DNA of 64,000 bases from Candidatus Latescibacterota bacterium (GCA_965222075.1 OZ244937.1:4896001-4960000); one strand, 5' to 3'; shown: positions 10,245 to 20,632, counted from the stretch's first letter. The notes: generated from the letters alone by a model not told the origin. Made by a program: numbers and translations.

Positions 10245-11963
10245 ATGAAAATCGGTGGTGTCACGTTCATTCTTTTTCTGCTCCTGGCCATTCTGTCAGG
10301 CTGCTCACCTGATGCGCCCCCGGGTGTTGAGAAGGAAAAGATCGGCGAGGCGGGCGTTGCCGCCGGTCTGGGAACGCCCACCAAAGGCGGCACGTACGTT
10401 CTGGCCTACGGGGCTCCGGCCAACGCGTGGACGCTTGCGCCGATCTGGGATGGCTTCGATTTTCAACTCCTGCTCTACCCGTTTATCTACAATGCGCTGG
10501 CCGAGATGGGCGAAGACCTGCTGGCGTTCAGGCCGGGTCTGGCCGAACGCTGGGAGATCTCCGAAGACGGCCTGGAGGCCACCTTTCACCTGCGCAGGGA
10601 CGTGAAATGGCAGGACGGTCAGCCCTTTACGGCCGAGGACGTGGTGTTCTCAGTGAGGGCGTGGTTCTTAGTTGAGGATGCGTTTATCAACGATCCTCTG
10701 CTGGCGCTCCTGAAGGGCGCGCCGAAGTATCGCGAGGGCAAGGCTGAGGAACTGCCGGGGGTTGCGGTGGTGAGCCGGTACACGGTCCGGTTCTCCTTCG
10801 CACAGTCCAATCCGCTGTTTTTGTACGAGCTGAACCGGCGGCCGATCATGCCGAAGCACCTGCTGGAGGGAAAGATCCGGCGGGGGATGACCTTAGCCGA
10901 TGTGGGCGAGCTCGCGTTCGCCAAAAGGCCGGTGGGCACAGGACCCTTCAGGGTTGCGGCTTTTAAACCGGACGAGTATGTGGAACTCGAAAGGAATCCG
11001 GGTTATTTCCGGGGCGGACCCTATCTGGACAGGATTGTTATCCGTCTGGTTTCGACAGAGACGGTCATCGCGACGGGGCTGGAAACGGGTGAGATCCATT
11101 CGGCAGTGATCTGGAACAAGGAGCACTACCCGCGCCTGTTCTCGCTGGATCAGATCCGGGTCTGGGAAGATCCGGCAGCCACCGGCACTTTCAGTTTGAT
11201 TCCCAACCTGCGCTCCGAACGGAAAGGCCATCCGCTGCACGATGCGCGGTTCCGCAAGGCGATTCTGTATGCGATTCCCCGGAAGAAGATCTGCGATCAC
11301 CTGAGGATGGTCAGCCACCCGGCGCCGAATCAGGCGTATTCTCCCCGGTTTTTAGAGGGCCTTTCGTTGACGGATTACAGGTATAATCCGGAGAAGGCCA
11401 GGGAACTGCTGGCGGAGATGGGTTACGATCCAAAGACGGCGCCGGAGCTTATCTTAGCGCATCTGATTTTCGATAAGAGTCCGGAGCAACCGGCCATGCA
11501 GCAGGCCTTAGCTGAGGTGGGTATTAAGGTGAAACTGCTGGCGCTGGAGCCTCCGGCGGTGGTCAAGATGGTGGCGAATGCCGAGGGATGGGACCTGTTT
11601 CAAAGGTACCTGTCCCAGCACCCTGACCCGGGGTGGATGATCGGCGATCTCATCAAGTGCCAGGGGCCGCCGTGGGAGGTGTGCGGAATGGGGGCGATGT
11701 TCACCTGGAAGCCCACGCGTCGATACGTTGAAATCGAGCAGCTGCAGAGGGCAGAGCTGGATGCAGAGAGGCGGAAGGCGCTGCTGCAGGAGGGGATTCT
11801 GATTCTGGATCGGGAGATGCCCACGATTCCGCTGTGGACCGAGCCGAATGTCTACTTCATCAGCAAACGGGCGCACGGGAAGCACAACGGGGTGTACAAA
11901 TACGGCGCCGAGGTACACGTCAACATCGGGGCGGAGACGTGGTGGCTGGAACCGGAGGGCTAA
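10245..11963 (+). CDS. ABC transporter substrate-binding lipoprotein, family 5 (Opp/Dpp)
   Basis: Lipobox LSGC; PGLAERWEISEDG…FHLRRDVKWQDGQPFTAEDVVFS; PVGTGPF; YNPEKARELL. Confidence 0.9.
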   Translation: MKIGGVTFILFLLLAILSGCSPDAPPGVEKEKIGEAGVAAGLGTPTKGGTYVLAYGAPANAWTLAPIWDGFDFQLLLYPFIYNALAEMGEDLLAFRPGLAERWEISEDGLEATFHLRRDVKWQDGQPFTAEDVVFSVRAWFLVEDAFINDPLLALLKGAPKYREGKAEELPGVAVVSRYTVRFSFAQSNPLFLYELNRRPIMPKHLLEGKIRRGMTLADVGELAFAKRPVGTGPFRVAAFKPDEYVELERNPGYFRGGPYLDRIVIRLVSTETVIATGLETGEIHSAVIWNKEHYPRLFSLDQIRVWEDPAATGTFSLIPNLRSERKGHPLHDARFRKAILYAIPRKKICDHLRMVSHPAPNQAYSPRFLEGLSLTDYRYNPEKARELLAEMGYDPKTAPELILAHLIFDKSPEQPAMQQALAEVGIKVKLLALEPPAVVKMVANAEGWDLFQRYLSQHPDPGWMIGDLIKCQGPPWEVCGMGAMFTWKPTRRYVEIEQLQRAELDAERRKALLQEGILILDREMPTIPLWTEPNVYFISKRAHGKHNGVYKYGAEVHVNIGAETWWLEPEG

Positions 11964-11977
11964 GGGTGAGATTCAGG

Positions 11978-13678
11978 ATGAAGATTAGCGCGGTGGTATG
12001 GACGCTTTCTCTGTTCTTAATCGCGCTCTCGGGTTGTGCATCAGAACCGTCCCGGGAGGAGCGGGCTGGCGTTGTCGACCGCCCGAAGATGCCCGTTAAA
12101 GGCGGCACGTACGTGATGGCCTACCACGGGCCGCGCCACGCCTGGACGCTTTCGCCCTTCTGGGACGGGTTCGGGCATCAGATTGTGATCAACCAGTTCC
12201 ACTACAATACGCTGGCCGAGCTGGATGAGGATATGCAGACGTTTGCGCCGGGTCTGGCCGAACGCTGGGAGGTTTCCAACGACAGGAGAGAGGTGACCTT
12301 TCACCTGCGCAGGGACGTGAAATGGCAGGACGGTCAGCCCTTTACGGCCGAGGACGTGGTGTTCACGGTGCGGGCGTGGTTCTTGGTTACAGACGCCTAT
12401 GTCGATGAGCCGATTCTGACGTTGCTGAAGGGCGCGAGGGCGTATTTCGAGGGTGCGACGGAAAAGCTGCCGGCGGTTGCGGCGCTGGACCGGCATACGG
12501 TCCGGTTTACTTTTGCACAGCCCAGCCCGCTGTTTATGGACGAGCTGAACCGGCGGCCGATGATGCCCAAACACCTGCTGGAGGGCAAGGTCCGGCGGGG
12601 GATGACCTTAGCGGATGCAGGTGCGTTGGATTTTGCTAAAAAGCCGGTGGGAACCGGTCCTTTCAAGGTGGTCGATTACAAGGCGGACGAGTATATCCTT
12701 TACGAGAAGAATCCGCACTATTTCCGGGGAGAACCCTATCTGGATAAACTTATCGTGCGGCTGGTGTCGTCGGAAACGCCGATTGCCACCGGTTTGGAGA
12801 CGGGGGAGATTCACGCGGCGGTGATGTGGAACAAGGAGCACTTTCCACGCCTGTTTTCGCTGGATCACCTCACGGCGTGGGAGGATTCGATCGCGTTTGG
12901 TTCGTTCAGTCTGATGCCCAACATGCGCCCCGAGCGCAAAGACCATCCGCTGCACGATGTGCGGTTCCGGAAGGCGATGCTGTACGCGATTCCCCGGAAG
13001 AAGATTGCGGAGAACCTGCGGGTGGTAAGCCGTGGCGTGCCCAACCAGGTCTATTCACCCCGGTTTTTGGAAGGACTGCCGCTGACGGATTACAGGTACA
13101 ATCCGGAAAAGGCCAGGGAACTGCTGGCGGAGATGGGCTACGACCCGGAGGGGGCGCCGGAGCTTATCTTGGCGCACCTGATTTTCGACAAGAGTCCGGA
13201 GCAGCCGGCGATGCAGCAGGCCTTAGCTGAGGTGGGCATCAAGGTGAAGCTCCTGGCGGTTGAGACCGCAGGGGCGATCAGCCTGGTGGCGAACGCCGAG
13301 GGGTGGGACCTGTTTCAAAAGTACTCGCCGCAGTATCCGGATGCGGGATGGATGGTCAGCGATATGCTGAGGTGCTCCGGTCCGCCGTGGGAGCCGTGCG
13401 GGTGGGGAGCCATGCACACGTGGAAGCCGCCACCACGTTATGCGGAGATCGAAAAATTACAGCGGCAGGAGCTGGATCCGGAGAGGCGCAAGGCGCTGCT
13501 GCAGGAGGCGATTTTGATCCTGGATGAGGAGGTACCGGCGCTTCCGCTTTGGACGGAACCGAACGTCTATTTTATCAACAAACGGGTGCACGGGATGCAC
13601 AACGGGGTGTACAAATACGGGGGCCGCGTTCAGATTTACGTTGGGGCGGAGACATGGTGGCTGGAGCCGGAAGGTTGA
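11978..13678 (+). CDS. ABC transporter substrate-binding lipoprotein, family 5, tandem paralogue
   Basis: Lipobox LSGC; same SBP_bac_5 motifs; highly similar to the preceding gene. Confidence 0.9.
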   Translation: MKISAVVWTLSLFLIALSGCASEPSREERAGVVDRPKMPVKGGTYVMAYHGPRHAWTLSPFWDGFGHQIVINQFHYNTLAELDEDMQTFAPGLAERWEVSNDRREVTFHLRRDVKWQDGQPFTAEDVVFTVRAWFLVTDAYVDEPILTLLKGARAYFEGATEKLPAVAALDRHTVRFTFAQPSPLFMDELNRRPMMPKHLLEGKVRRGMTLADAGALDFAKKPVGTGPFKVVDYKADEYILYEKNPHYFRGEPYLDKLIVRLVSSETPIATGLETGEIHAAVMWNKEHFPRLFSLDHLTAWEDSIAFGSFSLMPNMRPERKDHPLHDVRFRKAMLYAIPRKKIAENLRVVSRGVPNQVYSPRFLEGLPLTDYRYNPEKARELLAEMGYDPEGAPELILAHLIFDKSPEQPAMQQALAEVGIKVKLLAVETAGAISLVANAEGWDLFQKYSPQYPDAGWMVSDMLRCSGPPWEPCGWGAMHTWKPPPRYAEIEKLQRQELDPERRKALLQEAILILDEEVPALPLWTEPNVYFINKRVHGMHNGVYKYGGRVQIYVGAETWWLEPEG

Positions 13679-13715
13679 GTGGGAACTGCAAATTGGTTTT
13701 GGCGACCCCCATCCC

Positions 13716-13740
13716 GGGGTACGGCATGCCATGCCCTTAC
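13716..13740. repeat. Degenerate REP-like palindrome (GGGGTACGGCATGCCATGCCCTTAC) between convergent genes
   Basis: Imperfect inverted repeat centred on GGCATGCC, overlapping the PhyH stop codon. Confidence 0.45.
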
Positions 13741-14585
13741 ATATCTTCCACCCAGTGGCGGTAGAGGGGCTTTACATCGTCGGGCAGGGACTCGTAGACA
13801 TCCCTTTTTACGGGCGTGGATTCGTAGTTTTTCTCTCCTGTTTCAACCACCATGCGGGTGTGCTCCGGGGCGCCGATCATGGTGGGATTCAGGTTCAGCC
13901 ACCAGGGCGCATAGCGGACGATGAGGGCTACGCGCGGCCTGTCACTGCGGTTGGGCGCGACCGCGTGCCAGAGCCGGCTGTCGTAGAGAAGCACGCTGCC
14001 TGCGCTGCCGGAGACCTGGATCTCAGCCGGATGTGGGGCATCGGCGTCAACGCCCTCCATCCCTCCTGCCGAGGGATTGTTGTTCATCCGGTGGCTGCCG
14101 GGCAGGACGAACGTGCCGCCCGTTTGGGGACTGAAGGGTGAGAGCATCCAGATGGTGGACAGGTGCATGATCGCGTCTGGGTAGGGCGCCGGGATGCGCG
14201 ACGCGTTGGTCTGATTGAAGGGCCAGTCCGCATGCCAGTAGCCGCGCTCGTTTCCGGGATGGTTGATAACACAGTCGGTGCAGGAGATCCGCACGTATGG
14301 ACCGAACACGGCCTCGGCGATGTCCAGAATTCGCCGGTCTGCCAGATAGGGGGCGAAGGTCTGAGTGTGGTTGATGACCTGATTCAGGTTTCCGACGCCT
14401 TTGACGCCTACACGGTGACCGCGAGCTCTGGTCTTTTCCAGTTTCGCCCGCGATTTTTCATCATGGGCCGCCTGCGCTGCCACCACGCTGTCCCGCAGGT
14501 TGTCCATCCTGTCTTCGGAGATGACGCCTTCGATCACGCAAAACCCGTTCATCTCCAACTGGAGCGATTTTTCACTGACAGACAT
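13737..14585 (-). CDS. Phytanoyl-CoA dioxygenase (PhyH) family Fe(II)/2-oxoglutarate oxygenase
   Basis: WHAD (HxD) motif; GGTFVLPGSH; AGSVLLYDSRLWHAVAPNRSDRPRVAL. Confidence 0.85.
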   Translation of the reverse strand: MSVSEKSLQLEMNGFCVIEGVISEDRMDNLRDSVVAAQAAHDEKSRAKLEKTRARGHRVGVKGVGNLNQVINHTQTFAPYLADRRILDIAEAVFGPYVRISCTDCVINHPGNERGYWHADWPFNQTNASRIPAPYPDAIMHLSTIWMLSPFSPQTGGTFVLPGSHRMNNNPSAGGMEGVDADAPHPAEIQVSGSAGSVLLYDSRLWHAVAPNRSDRPRVALIVRYAPWWLNLNPTMIGAPEHTRMVVETGEKNYESTPVKRDVYESLPDDVKPLYRHWVEDM

Positions 14586-14741
14586 TGTTCCCTCTGCGGT
14601 TTTCAGGCTCGTAGCGTGTTGACCGTTTCCCGTTTGATAGTCAATATATCACGGCACAACGGAGAGTCAAGCATTTAATGTGCGTCAACATTATCGGCGC
14701 GGAGACCTGGTGGATGGAGCCGCAGCTTTAGGGGGGGTGTT

Positions 14742-15713
14742 GTGAACCACTTTTTAATTCGACGGTTGCTGGTGCTGATTCCGGTTTTTCTGGGGGTTAC
14801 GTTTCTGAATTTCGTGCTGATGAATCTGCTGCCGGGAGATGCGGTGGACGCGATGATCAACCCCCGGGACTCGCAGCGCTGGACGCCGGAACAGATCCAG
14901 GCGAGGCGCGTTTCGCTGGGCCTGGACAAGCCCTGGTCCGTGCGATATGTGATCTGGCTGAAGGAGCTGGGGAAAGGGAACCTGGGGTATTCTTACTTCA
15001 CCAAGAAGCCGGTGATCGAGGAGCTGATCGCGCGTATGGGAGCGACGCTGAAGCTCCAGGTCGTTTCGTTCACGGTGGCCATCATATTTGGTATTGCGCT
15101 GGGTGTGTATTCCGCGCTCAGACAGTATTCTTTTTTTGATTACCAGTTCACGCTGTTCACCTATATGGGGATTTCCATCCCCACGTTCTTTTCCGCGCTG
15201 GTGATTATCTACGTGTTCGCCGTGAACCTGCGCTGGTTTCCCACCTCCGGCCTGCGGGTATACGGTGGGGAATCGTCCATTCTGGAGCAGCTGTGGTATA
15301 TGGCGCTGCCCACTTTTACCTTAGCCATCGGGAGCTGGGCAACGGTTATGCGCTTCTGTCGCACGAGCATGCTGGAGGTTTTGCAACAGGACTTTCTGAG
15401 GACCGCGCGGGCCAAGGGGCTGGCGAATCGCTCGGTGATCCTCCGCCACGCGCTGCGCAATGCGCTGCTACCGGTGATTACGATTATCGGGTTGAGCATC
15501 CCCAGACTCATTACCGGCTCCATCCTGGTTGAGACGGTTTTCGACTGGCCGGGGATGGGACAGTACAGCGTGCTGTCTATCGGACGGCGAGACTACCCCG
15601 TTTTGATGGGGGTGACGGTGATTTTCTCACTGGTTGTCCTGTTGAGTAATCTGTTGACGGATATTGCTTATGCGGTGGCCGATCCACGCATTCGGTACGA
15701 CCAGGCGAGGTAG
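14742..15713 (+). CDS. Opp/Dpp-type ABC transporter permease (DppB/OppB-like)
   Basis: FLIRRLL…LLPGDAV; RTSMLEVLQQDFLRTARAKGL…HALRNALLP; DPRIRY. Confidence 0.9.
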   Translation: MNHFLIRRLLVLIPVFLGVTFLNFVLMNLLPGDAVDAMINPRDSQRWTPEQIQARRVSLGLDKPWSVRYVIWLKELGKGNLGYSYFTKKPVIEELIARMGATLKLQVVSFTVAIIFGIALGVYSALRQYSFFDYQFTLFTYMGISIPTFFSALVIIYVFAVNLRWFPTSGLRVYGGESSILEQLWYMALPTFTLAIGSWATVMRFCRTSMLEVLQQDFLRTARAKGLANRSVILRHALRNALLPVITIIGLSIPRLITGSILVETVFDWPGMGQYSVLSIGRRDYPVLMGVTVIFSLVVLLSNLLTDIAYAVADPRIRYDQAR

Positions 15714-15732
15714 GTTTTTTGGGGGGAGTTGG

Positions 15733-16671
15733 ATGGAGACAGAGCCGCGCAAAGATCAGATGGCGCAAATAGATTTACACACAACGGAAGCCGAATCGGT
15801 CCGGGAGAAGGACTATTCCCTCGCGGCCTTGACGTGGCGGCGGTTTCTGCGTCACAGGATGGCGGTGGTTTCGTGCGGTTTGCTCGGGCTGGTGGTCCTG
15901 ATGGCCGTTCTGGCCGATTTCATCGCGCCCCGGGGGCCATACGCGGTGGACTACGAACAGGTTCTGGCTCCTCCCGGCGCCGAACACACTCTGGGGACGG
16001 ACCGGGTGGGGCGAGACGTGTGGGCCAGGCTGTGCGTGGGCTCCAGGGTGTCTCTGGCGGTGGGGCTGGTGGCGGTGGTGATCGCACAGTTTCTGGGCAT
16101 TGTTTTCGGTTCTCTTGCGGGCTACTACGGGCGTATGGCCGACAGTGTGATTATGCGGTTGACCGATGTGATGCTCTGCTTTCCCTGGCTGATCCTGATG
16201 CTGGTGGTTGCGGCTGCCTTTGGGCCGGGGCTTTCGCGCACGATGCTCGTGATCGGGTTGATCAGCTGGCCCAGGCTGGCCCGGATTGTGCGCGCGGAGT
16301 TTCTTTCTTTGAGGGAGCGGGATTTTGTTCTGGCTGCATCCTGCCTCGGGGCGTCCGGCGGCAGGTTGATTCTGTATCACTTTTTTCCCAATGTGGTGCC
16401 TTATATGATTGTAGAGGCGACCTTTGGCATGGCCGACGCGATTTTGAGTGAGGCCGCGTTGAGCTTTCTGGGCATGGGGGTGGCGGTTCCCACGCCCAGT
16501 TGGGGCAATATGCTCCGGGATGCCCAGTCTCTCCATGTGCTGACCAACGCCCCCTGGTTCTGGCTGCCGCCGGGCATTGCGATTTCGCTGACGGTTCTGG
16601 CCATCCAGTTTATCGGCGACGGGCTCCGGGATGCGCTGGATCCCCGGGCGCTGGTCGAGTCGAGGAGGTAA
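15733..16671 (+). CDS. Opp/Dpp-type ABC transporter permease (DppC/OppC-like)
   Basis: WRRFLRHRMA; HTLGTDRVGRDVWARL; EAALSFLGMG; PSWGNML; GDGLRDALDPR. Confidence 0.9.
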   Translation: METEPRKDQMAQIDLHTTEAESVREKDYSLAALTWRRFLRHRMAVVSCGLLGLVVLMAVLADFIAPRGPYAVDYEQVLAPPGAEHTLGTDRVGRDVWARLCVGSRVSLAVGLVAVVIAQFLGIVFGSLAGYYGRMADSVIMRLTDVMLCFPWLILMLVVAAAFGPGLSRTMLVIGLISWPRLARIVRAEFLSLRERDFVLAASCLGASGGRLILYHFFPNVVPYMIVEATFGMADAILSEAALSFLGMGVAVPTPSWGNMLRDAQSLHVLTNAPWFWLPPGIAISLTVLAIQFIGDGLRDALDPRALVESRR

Positions 16672-18647
16672 TGACACAAAGCCGCCCATCCCCATCCGCT
16701 CCACACGATGCTGCGCCGCCGAGCAGGCGTATTCTGACGGGCAGGGCGACGGCGGTGGGCCTGATGGCTGTGGTGACGGTTACGCTGGCCGGTCCTTATT
16801 CGGAATGGGTCGTCCGTTCTTCTTATATGACGACCAATTATTTTCCGCTGGGGCTGGCTTTTGTTTTTATTTTTTTGGTGGCCGCGCTCAATCCTTTGCT
16901 GAAGCTGTTCGGGCGCTGTTACGGGCTTGGGGGAGACGAGCTGGGCGTGGTCTATATGATGCTGATTGCAGCGGTGTCCGTGCCGACGTACGGGATTACG
17001 GGGTACGTGATTTCGATTGCGGCGTCGCCCTTTTATTACGCTACCACGGAGAACGGGTGGGCGGAGTATCTGCATCATGATATTCCCCACTGGGTCGTTC
17101 CGGGAGGCGGGCCCGAGGTGGCCTGGTTTTTTGAGGGGCTGCCTGCTGGAGCGTCGATTCCCTGGCGGATCTGGCTTGCGCCCCTGTTCTGGTGGGGGAC
17201 GCTAATTGCGGCCACGCTGGCGCTGTGTGTCTGCCTGGTGGCGATTTTCCGGAAGCAGTGGGTGGAGCAGGAGCGGCTGAGTTTTCCGGTGGTGCACGTG
17301 CCTCTGGCGATGATGGAGGGGGCCGAGGACGAGCGGCTTTTGCCCCGGTTTATGCGCAGTCGGCTGTTCTGGGTCGGGTTTGGGATTGCGGCTTTCAAGA
17401 TCATCTGGAATATTCCAGGCTATTTCAACAGCGGATGGCCCGGCCTGCCGCCGGTTATTTTGCGGATCCCTCAGGGACAGATTTTCCCGGGGATTTCGAC
17501 GATTCTCTCACTGCCCTTAGTAGGGGTTACCTATTTTGCGAATGTGGATGTGATTTTCAGCATCTGGGTGTTTTACCTGGTCAACCTGGCGGAGGTGACG
17601 CTGTTCAACCGGACCGGCTTCAGCATCGGCCCTCCGGAGATGCATTCCATCCGGCCTTCGGCGCTGTCCTGGCAGGCGTTTGGAGCGTTTGCGGCGATTG
17701 TGCTGGGCGGAATCTGGGTGGCCCGGGAGCACCTGCGGGAGGTGCTGCACAAGGCGTTTTTGAACGATGCTTCCGTGGACGATGGGGAAGAGATTCTGTC
17801 CTATCGGACAGCGGTTTTCGGGTGCCTGGCGTCGGTTGTTTACATTTTGTTGTGGTTGCACGCGATCGGGATTGCGCTTTCCATAGCGATGCTACTGGTG
17901 TATGCGGTCGTTACCGTTTACCTGGGGCTGACCCGGATGGTAATCGAGGGGGGGCTGATGTTCGTGCTGGGACCGCTGGTGCCCCAGGCATTTCCCATGC
18001 ATATGGTGGGTCCGGCGGCGCTGAGCGGGTCTACGATGACGGGGCTGGCGCTTTCTTACGGGTGGGTGTGCGATCCGATTATCGCTTTTTTGCCCTGCGG
18101 GGCCAATGCCGCGAAGGTGCACAGCGACCGACGGTTTCCCAGGGGGACCTACCTGCGGGCGGTTGCGCTGGCGCTGGGGGTGAGTCTGGCGCTTTCTTTC
18201 TGGTTTTCGCTGAAGCTGGGGTACGGGTTCGGGAGCTACAACTTCGGGGATTTTGTATTCCGGCGGGGAGGGCAGGTGCCCTTCGATACGGTGATCAGCA
18301 AGATGAAGGCGGCGGAGGGGTTCACGTTCAACCGGTTTGCGTTTCTGGGGTTGGGCGCGCTGGCCACGTTCGGGCTGACGTATCTGCGGCACCGGTTTGC
18401 GTGGTGGCGGCTGCACCCGATCGGGTTTGCGGTGGCGCTGACGTCGCCGGTGCGGTGGACGGTGCTGTCGTTTTTTGTGGTGTGGGCCGTGAAGGTGCTG
18501 ATCGACCGGCTGGGGGGATTGATTCTGTACAATCGGGCCAGGCCGTTTTTCATCGGGTTGGTTGTGGGGCATTTTGCGGCCGCAGGGATTTCTTTTGTGG
18601 TGGATGTGATCTGGTTCCAGGGCCAGGGACACATTCTTTATTTTTAG
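16671..18647 (+). CDS. DUF6785/DUF6784-type polytopic membrane protein, translationally coupled to the permease
   Basis: TAATG stop/start overlap with RBS GAGGAGG; PFYYATTENGW, RKQWVEQERLSFP, EILSYRTA, RHRFAWWRLHPIGF. Confidence 0.75.
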   Translation: MTQSRPSPSAPHDAAPPSRRILTGRATAVGLMAVVTVTLAGPYSEWVVRSSYMTTNYFPLGLAFVFIFLVAALNPLLKLFGRCYGLGGDELGVVYMMLIAAVSVPTYGITGYVISIAASPFYYATTENGWAEYLHHDIPHWVVPGGGPEVAWFFEGLPAGASIPWRIWLAPLFWWGTLIAATLALCVCLVAIFRKQWVEQERLSFPVVHVPLAMMEGAEDERLLPRFMRSRLFWVGFGIAAFKIIWNIPGYFNSGWPGLPPVILRIPQGQIFPGISTILSLPLVGVTYFANVDVIFSIWVFYLVNLAEVTLFNRTGFSIGPPEMHSIRPSALSWQAFGAFAAIVLGGIWVAREHLREVLHKAFLNDASVDDGEEILSYRTAVFGCLASVVYILLWLHAIGIALSIAMLLVYAVVTVYLGLTRMVIEGGLMFVLGPLVPQAFPMHMVGPAALSGSTMTGLALSYGWVCDPIIAFLPCGANAAKVHSDRRFPRGTYLRAVALALGVSLALSFWFSLKLGYGFGSYNFGDFVFRRGGQVPFDTVISKMKAAEGFTFNRFAFLGLGALATFGLTYLRHRFAWWRLHPIGFAVALTSPVRWTVLSFFVVWAVKVLIDRLGGLILYNRARPFFIGLVVGHFAAAGISFVVDVIWFQGQGHILYF

Positions 18648-18735
18648 GCTCAGAATACAGGTTTTGATTGCCCAGGTCTGCTGGATGGCCTATCTTGGAA
18701 ATGATCGGACAGGTTGTCTTTTTTAGAGGACTGCC

Positions 18736-20520
18736 ATGCAAAGGACTGACAAACAGGAAGCCAGGCTCCGGGAGATAGACCGCCGGTACCGGGCAATCGT
18801 ACGGATCGTTTCGGCGCTGAATACGGACCGTCCGATTGAGGATGTGGTGCAGGAGATAGGGAAAGTACTGCAAGCGCTGATTCCCTGCGACCGCTTCAGC
18901 CTGGGGTTGGTCTCCTGGAACCGCTGGTATTTTCTGGAGGACGGCCGTCTCACTTCACAGAACTTCTCCTTTCCCCTTGTTTCGGACAACTCCGCCAGCG
19001 AATGGGTGATCCACAACCGCCGGCCCCTGCTTCGTCGGGATATCTCGAAGGAACACCGGTTCAAGCACGATGTGATCAGGATGGAGCAGGGGGACCGTTC
19101 GGATCTGATCGTGCCGCTGGTTGTGGACGGCGAGGTGATGGGCACCTTCAATTTCACCAGCCGGGTGTCGAAACGCTACGACGAGGGGTGTTTAGAGGGC
19201 GCTCAGTCGGTGGCCGATGCGGTCGCCGTGGCCGTCAAGCAGTTTCAGATCCGGCTGGAGACGGAGGCCATCCGGGAGATTTCCGATGCGGTGTTGAGGC
19301 CGCTGGAACTGGACGAAATCCTGAAGATGGTCCTGACGCATATCCAGTCTCAGGGTTACGACCGGGTGAGGCTATACCTGTACGACCAGGCGCGGCATGC
19401 GATGGTAGGGGCTCTGCTGGTGGGGATGGAATACGAGCCTGCGTCTATTGTGTACCCTTTGAAAAACGATCCGTATTCGAAACAGACACTGGCTTCCGAT
19501 CGCCCCCGGATCTATCGGGCCGGGACGCCGGAATATGAGGAGGTGGTCCGTAGAAGGAGGGAGGTAGGTGAATTCCTCTATTCGAATCCTGATATTCTGG
19601 TGTGGTGCGAAATGCCCTTGAAGGTTGTCGAAGAGGGTCAGGAGGTTATTGTCGGAAAGATCGCTCTGGACAATAGCCTCAGCAGGCGCCCCCTGGCGCA
19701 GGAACGTCTGGATCGGTTGATGGTGTATGCCTCCCAGGCGGCCATTGCCATCCGGCACGCGCAATTGTACCGGCAGATGGCCGAGCAGGTGGAGAGCCGT
19801 ACGGCCGAGTACAAGCAGGCGGAGGAACGGCTTTTGGAGTATCAGGCGCAGCTCCGGTCTTTGGCGTCCGAATTGACATTGATCGAAGAGCGGGAACGGC
19901 GTCGCCTTGCAACGGATTTGCACGACCGGATCGGACAGACCCTGGCCGTGTCCAAGATCAAATTGGGCGCGCTGGGGACGTCGGCTGCCTCCACCGATTT
20001 TGCCGGACCTCTGGACGAGGTCCGCGAGCTTATCGACCAGACGATTCAGGATACGCGGTCGTTGACTTTTGAGCTGAGCCTGCCGGTGCTTTACGAACTG
20101 GGGTTTAAGGCCGCAATGGAGTGGCTTGCCGAGCAGGTCCAGGAACAGCACGGCGTTCGGGTTGAACTGGAGAGCGAGGGGCAGGTCCGGCTGTCGGACG
20201 AGGGCCTCCGGGTGCTTCTCTTCCGGGCGGTGCAGGAGCTGCTGGTCAATGTTGTAAAGCACGCTCAGGCGCATACCGCAAAGGTTTCCGTTCGGGAAGA
20301 TGGGGACAGCATACGAATCGAGGTTGAAGATGACGGCATTGGATTTGAGCCCTCCAAAGCAGGCAGAAACGGTGGATTCGGCTTTTTCAGCGTCCGGGAG
20401 CGATTGCGTTTTCTGGGAGGCGATTTTGACGTTGAATCCGAGCCCGGCCGCGGGACCCGGGCCGTGCTGGTGGCGCCGCTGAAGGGCAGTGGGGCGTCCC
20501 CGGAGGGTGGCGTGAGGTGA
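18736..20520 (+). CDS. Soluble sensor histidine kinase with two GAF domains (HisKA_3/NarX-like)
   Basis: Two GAF-like segments, no transmembrane helix; ERERRRLATDLHDRIGQTL H-box; QELLVNVVKHAQA; EDDGIGF; GFGFFSVRER. Confidence 0.9.
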   Translation: MQRTDKQEARLREIDRRYRAIVRIVSALNTDRPIEDVVQEIGKVLQALIPCDRFSLGLVSWNRWYFLEDGRLTSQNFSFPLVSDNSASEWVIHNRRPLLRRDISKEHRFKHDVIRMEQGDRSDLIVPLVVDGEVMGTFNFTSRVSKRYDEGCLEGAQSVADAVAVAVKQFQIRLETEAIREISDAVLRPLELDEILKMVLTHIQSQGYDRVRLYLYDQARHAMVGALLVGMEYEPASIVYPLKNDPYSKQTLASDRPRIYRAGTPEYEEVVRRRREVGEFLYSNPDILVWCEMPLKVVEEGQEVIVGKIALDNSLSRRPLAQERLDRLMVYASQAAIAIRHAQLYRQMAEQVESRTAEYKQAEERLLEYQAQLRSLASELTLIEERERRRLATDLHDRIGQTLAVSKIKLGALGTSAASTDFAGPLDEVRELIDQTIQDTRSLTFELSLPVLYELGFKAAMEWLAEQVQEQHGVRVELESEGQVRLSDEGLRVLLFRAVQELLVNVVKHAQAHTAKVSVREDGDSIRIEVEDDGIGFEPSKAGRNGGFGFFSVRERLRFLGGDFDVESEPGRGTRAVLVAPLKGSGASPEGGVR

Positions 20521-20566
20521 GTGCCGGGACGCGCCCGGATGACCACAGGATCGCACAGATTCCGTT

Positions 20567-20632
20567 TCAGGTATTTCGAAGCCCGGAATCGGGGATTTCC
20601 CCGGTTGCGCTTTTATTTATGGGGCGTACATT
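20567..20632 (+). promoter_or_regulatory. Operator + promoter, copy 1 (TCAGGTATTTCGAAG-5-AATCGGGGATTTCCCCGGTT; TTGCGC-16-TACATT)
   Basis: Repeated with the same architecture at 21374-21438; the palindrome abuts the -35 box. Confidence 0.6.
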
